From Candidatus Moraniibacteriota bacterium (GTDB lineage: Bacteria > Patescibacteriota > Minisyncoccia > Moranbacterales > DUUL01): a stretch of 51,395 nt of DNA. A program made the translations under genes and the position numbers. Below the pieces are notes generated by a model. That model saw nothing but the letters and a program-made list of their open reading frames with translations. It was not told the DNA's origin and did not search any database. Positions 45,500 through 51,395 of the stretch are shown here, piece by piece. Within the stretch, counting starts at the first letter, position 1. Each line of letters starts with the position of its first letter. The stretch is from assembly GCA_012841575.1 (NCBI GenBank), contig DUUL01000004.1:1-51395 (forward strand), in the 5' to 3' direction.

Positions 45500-47836
45500 T
45501 TATTTATCAATACAAACATCTTCGGCTTTAATTACTTTAATGTATTGAGCTTGAGGACGTTGTGCAGGAGAGAAAAGAAAGACAGGCTGTAAGTTCGGGT
45601 CATAGAGACGATCAACTCGAGGTATGTATGTAGGCACTTTAGCTAAGCGTTGATTAATAAGGTTGACAAAATAATTTTCACGACTAGAGGAAATTACATA
45701 AAAGTCATAAGTGGGTATTTCTGGTATAATTTTTTCTATTCTTCTAGTATCGTTACAGTTTCCAACAAAAAACTTACAGATCCCGGTTCGATCTGACCAC
45801 AATGAAAGCTCTGAGGCATTAGGTTGTTGATTTAGCCACATAGCTACTTCATAATTGCCTTCTCCCATGTCTTTAGGATTGATTACCATGCTTGAGGGGA
45901 GAAGAGGATTGTTAAAAGAAAAATAATAAGGCTTTTGCAACCAAAGCATCGAAGTGCTTTCGACAGCAATCAAAAAAAGAAAGATTAAAATAAAAACCTT
46001 GCCTGTCTTATTTGATCTGTAGACAATAATTTTTTCCAAAACTGGTTTCCAGCCTAGAGCAGCGATGATCAATATAATAGGGAGTAGAGCGATTTGGTAG
46101 CGGAGACTAGGAACAACAGAGGCGCTTAATGAGGCTAGATAGTAACCGTGAATAAAGAGCCAACTAAAAAGCAAGATTCTTTTTTCTGAATCAGAGTAGT
46201 TTTTTTTCCAAGGTGAATTAAAGAAGAAGGAAAAAATAACACCAAGAAAGGAAAAGAGATTCAGGCCGAAAACCAAGGGAAGGAAAGAAGCTAAATACAT
46301 TCCCGCAAAACTAAATTCTCGATAGGATGATTTGGGGGAGATTAAAATTGAGTTGAAGTTAACAGAAGGCAAAGCAAAATAAACGCTGCTTAGTAAAAGT
46401 AGAAAGGCAGCTCCAGACCACAGCCAGACAAAAGTGCTGAAATGATTTTTTAGTGGTTTGAGAAATTTAAATAAAAGAAAGGAGATTCGATTTCGGAGCA
46501 GGAATGTTTCTAGAAGAAACAAGACAAGCACGCCAGTAAAAATCCAACCAAAATTACCAAAAGCTTGACTTTTAATAGTGCCGATTAGCAATCGATCATG
46601 TTTTAGCCAAACGCCGGGATAAAGTAAGGTGAATATAGAAAGTGCGATAACCAGCCAACTTAAATAATTTAGCCAACTTTTTTTTAAGAAAGAATGAAGT
46701 GTTTGCAGATTATTCGTTTTGAAAAGTGCTTGATAAAGAATAACCAAGAAGATGAAAACAATCAGGAAATTGGCAATGTATTTTGTCAACAAGGCAAGCC
46801 CCAGCAAGATCCCACTGTAAATTAAGAACTTGTTTTTATTCCGAGAAGAAAGCAGGAAGGCTAGGTAAGCAAAAAAGGACAAAGGGAGAAAAATCCATAG
46901 CAAGGCGTCCGGGTTGACCAAGCGAGATATTCCTAGAAGTAAGGGAGAAAGTCCGATAAAGATTGTTGCAAGTAGAGCAGGAATTTTTCCTATTAGAGGA
47001 TTTAATAAAAAGAAAAAAGCTAGAATCGCTAAAGTTGAAAAGACAACAATTGGCGCTCTCATTCGAGTAAAAAATCTTGGTAATTCCTCGGTGTTTTTCT
47101 GTCCCTTGTCAAAGTAGTTAGGATCTTCCCATGGTAATCCAGCACCAGAGATGATTGAGACAGTGATACCTGGTTTGTCACTAGGGCGAGTGTTAAGCCA
47201 ATCTTTTTCAGCTAAATTGTTCCAGTATTTTTCAATCCGATTAAAAAACCATAAGTCTTCATCAGAATAATAGTCTTGGCCTAGCTTATAGAAACCAAAA
47301 AATAAATGAAGAGCAAGAATAAGTACTAATAAAATTGCTTTTGAATAGAAAGGTTTTTTAAGTCTAGGTTTAGTTGGGCTTTTAATTAAAAAAGAGATTT
47401 TTGGGAAAACCAAGTTTAGTTTTAAGTAATAAAAAACTAAAAAGTTAAGAAAAAGTAGAAATAGAAAAATGGAGGAGATGGGAATAATGGGATTAAAGGA
47501 GTTAGGGGTATTCGAAGTAAAAAGTAAAATTAAGTTGGCTGGAGTTACTAGCCAAAAAAAGTTAAAAAAGAAAGTGGTCCAGTTATTTTTTTTCTTAATT
47601 AAATCGTTAATTAGGGGTAGAAAGGAAATTACAAAAACAATTAAAATTAGAAAAGTTGGCGGAGCAAAAGGAGGGAGAATATTTTTTATGCCATAAAACT
47701 GCTCCAGGTTGTTAATTGAGTACAATAAAACTAAAATTCCAAGTGACAAAGAACCACTTAATAAAAAAATATTTTCACGAAAAATTTTTTTAACTTGATT
47801 TAAAACAGCCATCTTGTATACTAGGTAATTAATCAC
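45500..47836 (-). CDS. GT39/PMT_2-like membrane glycosyltransferase, tandem paralog with a roughly 165-aa extra N-terminal multi-TM extension
   Basis: 778 aa. YSDEDLWFFNR...PSDKPGITV and FSTLAILAFFFLLNP align with the upstream-neighbour paralog. The start is either the GTG at 47836 or the ATG 24 nt inside. Confidence 0.65.
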   Translation of the reverse strand: MINYLVYKMAVLNQVKKIFRENIFLLSGSLSLGILVLLYSINNLEQFYGIKNILPPFAPPTFLILIVFVISFLPLINDLIKKKNNWTTFFFNFFWLVTPANLILLFTSNTPNSFNPIIPISSIFLFLLFLNFLVFYYLKLNLVFPKISFLIKSPTKPRLKKPFYSKAILLVLILALHLFFGFYKLGQDYYSDEDLWFFNRIEKYWNNLAEKDWLNTRPSDKPGITVSIISGAGLPWEDPNYFDKGQKNTEELPRFFTRMRAPIVVFSTLAILAFFFLLNPLIGKIPALLATIFIGLSPLLLGISRLVNPDALLWIFLPLSFFAYLAFLLSSRNKNKFLIYSGILLGLALLTKYIANFLIVFIFLVILYQALFKTNNLQTLHSFLKKSWLNYLSWLVIALSIFTLLYPGVWLKHDRLLIGTIKSQAFGNFGWIFTGVLVLFLLETFLLRNRISFLLFKFLKPLKNHFSTFVWLWSGAAFLLLLSSVYFALPSVNFNSILISPKSSYREFSFAGMYLASFLPLVFGLNLFSFLGVIFSFFFNSPWKKNYSDSEKRILLFSWLFIHGYYLASLSASVVPSLRYQIALLPIILIIAALGWKPVLEKIIVYRSNKTGKVFILIFLFLIAVESTSMLWLQKPYYFSFNNPLLPSSMVINPKDMGEGNYEVAMWLNQQPNASELSLWSDRTGICKFFVGNCNDTRRIEKIIPEIPTYDFYVISSSRENYFVNLINQRLAKVPTYIPRVDRLYDPNLQPVFLFSPAQRPQAQYIKVIKAEDVCIDK

Positions 47837-47863
47837 GGTGACTTTAATTTTAGCATAAAATAA

Positions 47864-48949
47864 TTGATAAACAAGGACAATCTAAACAGTAACAAAAAGA
47901 AATTTAGATTTAATAAGTGGTTTTTTGGCGCAGTAATTTTGAGTGTTTTTTTATTTTTCTTTTTTCGAGCAGTTTCACTTGGTCTATTGAGTGGTGAAAT
48001 TGATTCTCGTTTTGAAATTCAAAAAGTTTTCTTTCTTCCCGCAGTTAATAAGGAGGTTCAAACTGAATCTAAGCCTCTTAAAATTGGAATAATTACTGAT
48101 ACGCATGTTCGACCTAGTCGAATGGGGCAATATAGCAATGAGTTGCATATGGTTGAACGCAGGCTGACACCTAGCCAGTTAGCGCCCATCAATGCCTTTG
48201 TAATGGAGATGGAAAAATTTCAACCAGACTTAATTATTCATTTAGGAGATGTGATTGAGGGGTCTGGTGATACGGAGGAAATCGGCAGGTTGGGTTTGAA
48301 ATTAGTTAAGGAAGAATTAGAAAAAGTTGGGGTGCCCATTTTGTGGGTTTTGGGAAATCACGAATTGAGAGCTGTTACTAAGGAGCAATTCAAAGATTCT
48401 CTGGGAATTAACTATCTGGACGAGTATTTTGACTGGGGAGACTATCGGTTAATTATTTTAGATGCTAATCACAGTAAAAAAGTTAGTAAAGAGGAAAGTG
48501 AGAATTCCTTGAATCTAAAATTAAGCTCTGGGTTTTTGCCGGAAGAAACTCTGGATTGGTTAGAAGATGCACTAGATACACCTAAGGCCACTTTTGTTTT
48601 TTGTCATTATGCCATCTTTGATCAAGTTTTTTTTGGAGAAAAGGGTCGACCAAGACTTTCTCTTAAGCCAGCCGCAAGAGTGAGGGATCTTTTTGAGAAT
48701 TATGAGGTTTCTGGGGTTTTTAATGGACATATTGAGTATCGTCGTTTTGAAGAAACTAACGGAGTGAAATATTTTTCTTTACCTGGAACAGTTAAAAGCA
48801 AAACATATCCTGGCTCTTTTTATACCCTAACTATTGATAAAGGTGAGCCGAAACTAAAAATGTTTTATCAGGCAGGAGGGCGACACGGAGAATACGTTGA
48901 TGTTTCTTTTGAGGATGAAGAGAGTTTTTTAGAACTAAATAACGATTAA
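47864..48949 (+). CDS. Membrane-anchored calcineurin-like metallophosphoesterase with intact motifs
   Basis: N-terminal TM WFFGAVILSVFLFFFF. Motifs GIITDTHV (DxH), HLGDVIEG (GD), VLGNHEL (GNHE), FVFCHYA (H) and FNGHIEY (GH). TTG start. Confidence 0.7.
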   Translation: MINKDNLNSNKKKFRFNKWFFGAVILSVFLFFFFRAVSLGLLSGEIDSRFEIQKVFFLPAVNKEVQTESKPLKIGIITDTHVRPSRMGQYSNELHMVERRLTPSQLAPINAFVMEMEKFQPDLIIHLGDVIEGSGDTEEIGRLGLKLVKEELEKVGVPILWVLGNHELRAVTKEQFKDSLGINYLDEYFDWGDYRLIILDANHSKKVSKEESENSLNLKLSSGFLPEETLDWLEDALDTPKATFVFCHYAIFDQVFFGEKGRPRLSLKPAARVRDLFENYEVSGVFNGHIEYRRFEETNGVKYFSLPGTVKSKTYPGSFYTLTIDKGEPKLKMFYQAGGRHGEYVDVSFEDEESFLELNND

Positions 48950-49005
48950 ATTCAATTGCTTTCTTTTTCTATTGTTGATAAAATAAATTAGCCTTTAAAA
49001 AGCTG

Positions 49006-50619
49006 ATGTTTTTTGTGCTAAAAAATCAGGTTAAAATTATGATAAAATTAAACAAAAAGATCGGTTTAGTTTTACTGGGAGCAGTTCTTTTAATTGCTGT
49101 TTTTTTGCGTTTTTACAATTTAGGGGAAAAGTCTTTTGTAGCAGATGAGTTTTTAGGAGTAAATGCTAGCTATGGTTATTTGCAAACTGGTGATTGGAAG
49201 CGGTGGGATTTCAATTTAGAAAAACCAATGCAAGACAAACCTTTTGTGAAAAACTGGTTTGATTGGGACGTTTTCAAAGGTGGCCCAGAGACTTATACTC
49301 GTGCTTGGATTTATCATTGGCAGATTGCACAAGCCTTGAAACTTCTACCTGATGCGAAAGAATGGTCATATCGAGTGGTGAGTGCTTTATGGGGCGTGCT
49401 GTCAGTGTTAATTGTTTATCTTCTTGCTTGGAAATTTACTGGCAAAAGATGGATTGGCTTAATTGCGGCAACTCTTTTAGTCTTGAGTCCTGATGCAATT
49501 GATTTTTCGCGTAAAGTGCGAATGTATGCAATGTTTATGCCAATATTTTTCTTATTAAGTTACTGGTTTTTTAAGTTTCTAGAATCGAAAGAAGAGTATC
49601 AAAATAAGCTGTTGACTGGATTTAAAGCTAAAACAGGATTGGACCTGGTTTACTTGCCGGGTGTTATTCTGCTTGGACTTTTAGCGATGCATTTACATGC
49701 ACTGACTGCCAATATTGCCATTCTAGCGCTAGTTTATATTTTAGTAATGACAATTCGTGAGTGGAGGAAAAGTAAAAGTTGGAAGAATCGCTATAGTGCT
49801 TATTTGTTAATTGCGTTTTTGGGAATAATTGGTTTGAAAATATTTTTTAAAGATGTTGTAATTTGGGGAGTTTATTTTGATAATGAGCAACATTTTTCCT
49901 ATTTTAGTAAAATTCTAACTGATTACAGTAGCTTGTTTTTACCAATTGGCTTGTTTTTAGCGGGCGGGTGGTGGCTGATTAAAGAAGATAGAAAGAGTGG
50001 TTGGTTTTTATTGACTTCCTTTATGACAATTTTGATTTTAGCAGTTTTCTTTTGGAATCGTAGCGCTGGTGAGCAATATATTTTTTTCTTGAAGCCATTT
50101 CAGGTTACAATTTTAGCGACAGGCATTTATGCAGTGGCAAAATACTTGAAGGATAATTTTCGGTCAAACAATAATAAGATTTTTTACAGTTCCATAGTCA
50201 TTTTGATTTTAGTGCTTAATAATTGGAGTTATTATTATTCAGTTGATGGTCCATATAAACAGAAAGCTAATTCTGATAGTCCTAATTATCGCAAAATTTT
50301 CAGTTATGTAGTAAAAGAGAAAAAGCAGGAAGAGGTTTTGATAACGCGCAATTTTCGTAACTTTTATTGGCAAGGAAGTCAATCGAAGGTTTATAGTTTG
50401 GGTGGAGAGCGAGCAGAGGCTTCCGAGAAAAAAATTGATTTAATTTCGATGAAAAAAATTATTGCAGATAATCCAGCAGGTGGCTGGATTGTGCTTTCGG
50501 AAAATGATCGACAATTTATTTCTAAAGAAGTAGAAGAGTATTTAAGGAAAAATCTAGATTTGGTTAGCAATTCATTTTTAAGAGGTCCAGTAACAGTCTA
50601 TCATTGGGAGACCAACTAG
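49006..50619 (+). CDS. GT39/ArnT-like membrane glycosyltransferase
   Basis: 537 aa. RFYNLGEKSFVADEFLGVNASYGY (first-loop DE motif), SPDAIDFSRKVRMY, polytopic with a C-terminal soluble domain. An alternative ATG lies at 49039. Confidence 0.65.
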   Translation: MFFVLKNQVKIMIKLNKKIGLVLLGAVLLIAVFLRFYNLGEKSFVADEFLGVNASYGYLQTGDWKRWDFNLEKPMQDKPFVKNWFDWDVFKGGPETYTRAWIYHWQIAQALKLLPDAKEWSYRVVSALWGVLSVLIVYLLAWKFTGKRWIGLIAATLLVLSPDAIDFSRKVRMYAMFMPIFFLLSYWFFKFLESKEEYQNKLLTGFKAKTGLDLVYLPGVILLGLLAMHLHALTANIAILALVYILVMTIREWRKSKSWKNRYSAYLLIAFLGIIGLKIFFKDVVIWGVYFDNEQHFSYFSKILTDYSSLFLPIGLFLAGGWWLIKEDRKSGWFLLTSFMTILILAVFFWNRSAGEQYIFFLKPFQVTILATGIYAVAKYLKDNFRSNNNKIFYSSIVILILVLNNWSYYYSVDGPYKQKANSDSPNYRKIFSYVVKEKKQEEVLITRNFRNFYWQGSQSKVYSLGGERAEASEKKIDLISMKKIIADNPAGGWIVLSENDRQFISKEVEEYLRKNLDLVSNSFLRGPVTVYHWETN

Positions 50620-50667
50620 TGCGTGATAGCTAAGCTTATCATTTTAAATTTAATTATTTATGAAAAA

Positions 50668-51395
50668 ATGAAGATTAATTTTAAAAGATTTTTTCGTTCT
50701 AAGGTTTTTTATTCTCTTTTAATTATTTTTGCGGTTGGAGTTTTTTTGCGAGCCTATAATTTTGGGCCGTGGCTTCATTTTGAACTAGATCAAGCACGAG
50801 ATGCCACTTTAGTGGACGAGTCAGTTCAAGATGCTGGCAATTTACCGCTTTTAGGTCCAAGAGCAGCGGGGACTTTTGCACGCTTGGGTCCTTGGTTTTA
50901 CTACACTGAATATTTTTTCGCCTTAATTTTTGGTAATCCACCAGTTGGAGGCGCTGTGGCAATTTTATTTTTTGCTTGCTTGTCATTGCCAGTCTTTTAT
51001 CTATTTTTTAGAAGATATTTTTCTAAAGAAAAAACTTTAGCGTTAACTGCTCTATATGCAGTTTCGCTTTATTTTATTACTTATGCTCGTTTTGGTTGGA
51101 ACCCGAATTTAATGCCTTTTTTCATTTTAGTTTTGATGTATGGACTTTTACGTGCTTTTGATAAAGATGAAGAGAATGAGGGATGGTGGTTGATTGTTTC
51201 AGCAACAGCTTTTGCGCTATTGTCGCAATTTCACTTTTTAGCATTAATTATATTTGGCTTGACTGGGCTAGGATTTTTGATTTATTGTCGCCCTCGCATT
51301 AATTGGAAGTTTTGGGCAAGCTCTATTTTGATTGTCCTATTCTTCTATTGCCCAGTTATTGTTAATGACTGGAAGACAGGAGGAGCTAACTATAA
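50668..51395 (+). CDS. GT-C-fold membrane glycosyltransferase, 'DQARD' subtype, 3' end beyond the window
   Basis: Not in the ORF track because no stop is reached. My own translation from the ATG at 50668 is open to base 51395: MKINFKRFFRSKVFYSLLIIFAVGVFLRAYNFGPWLHFELDQARDATLV...GNLPLLGPRAAGTFARLGPWFYY, clearly paralogous to the 41929-43518 product. Confidence 0.55.
   Translation, partial: MKINFKRFFRSKVFYSLLIIFAVGVFLRAYNFGPWLHFELDQARDATLVDESVQDAGNLPLLGPRAAGTFARLGPWFYYTEYFFALIFGNPPVGGAVAILFFACLSLPVFYLFFRRYFSKEKTLALTALYAVSLYFITYARFGWNPNLMPFFILVLMYGLLRAFDKDEENEGWWLIVSATAFALLSQFHFLALIIFGLTGLGFLIYCRPRINWKFWASSILIVLFFYCPVIVNDWKTGGANY

Noticed and set aside
45785-45793. GGTTCGATC, resembling a tRNA T-arm
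   Set aside because: It lies inside the 778-aa minus-strand CDS. No acceptor, D or anticodon stems can be built around it. I recognised no tRNA in any intergenic region.
50723-50986. 87-aa minus-strand ORF listed in the track
   Set aside because: The + strand frame from 50668 is open to the window end and encodes a clear paralog of the 41929-43518 GT-C protein. The minus-strand ORF is an antisense artefact.

Overview
AT-rich, very gene-dense 51.4-kb bacterial chromosomal segment. It holds about 47 protein-coding genes, all but three on the + strand. By eye I found no rRNA, tRNA, CRISPR array, transposase or integrase. The standard code fits, since TGA is used as a stop.

Gene content, in order:
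- 3' part of a mannose-1-phosphate guanylyltransferase and a FemAB-type peptidyltransferase
- a small glycan module: GH1 glycosidase, DMT permease, membrane-anchored clan GH-A hydrolase
- a sigma70-region-4/HARE-HTH protein, then a membrane protein paired with a TM-less VirD4/TraD-like ATPase that ends in a CxxC-x17-CxxC zinc ribbon
- L,D-transpeptidase; alaS (unusually short), tyrS, pheS; a GNAT; an NlpE-like lipoprotein; an M23 peptidase
- a DUF2157-like/GDYXXLXY pair; mltG; a SEDS (RodA/FtsW) protein
- a contiguous six-gene MEP isoprenoid operon (dxr-ispD-ispF-ispE-ispG-ispH)
- rplY (Ctc form), a coiled-coil lytic transglycosylase, a DUF1858 protein, murJ, rnhB and a monocistronic Lys/Ala-rich histone-H1-like gene
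- a complete F1Fo ATP synthase operon (atpZ/I-like, B, E, F, H, A, G, D, C)
- an 11-kb envelope-glycosylation island with five GT-C-fold (GT39/ArnT/PMT-like) membrane glycosyltransferase paralogs interleaved with two membrane-anchored metallophosphoesterase paralogs, one of which has lost its metal-ligand motifs

The domain architectures (sigma4-only + HARE-HTH, C-terminal CxxC-x17-CxxC ribbon, GT39 expansion, compact aaRS) suggest a small-genome Patescibacteria/CPR-type organism. That is an inference, not a database result.

The best candidates for an undescribed system are:
1. the GT-C/metallophosphoesterase island (40.7-51.4 kb)
2. the membrane protein + orphan coupling-protein-like ATPase module and its adjacent sigma4/HARE-HTH gene (5.8-10.2 kb)

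All functional calls come from motif recognition in the supplied translations. No searches were run.
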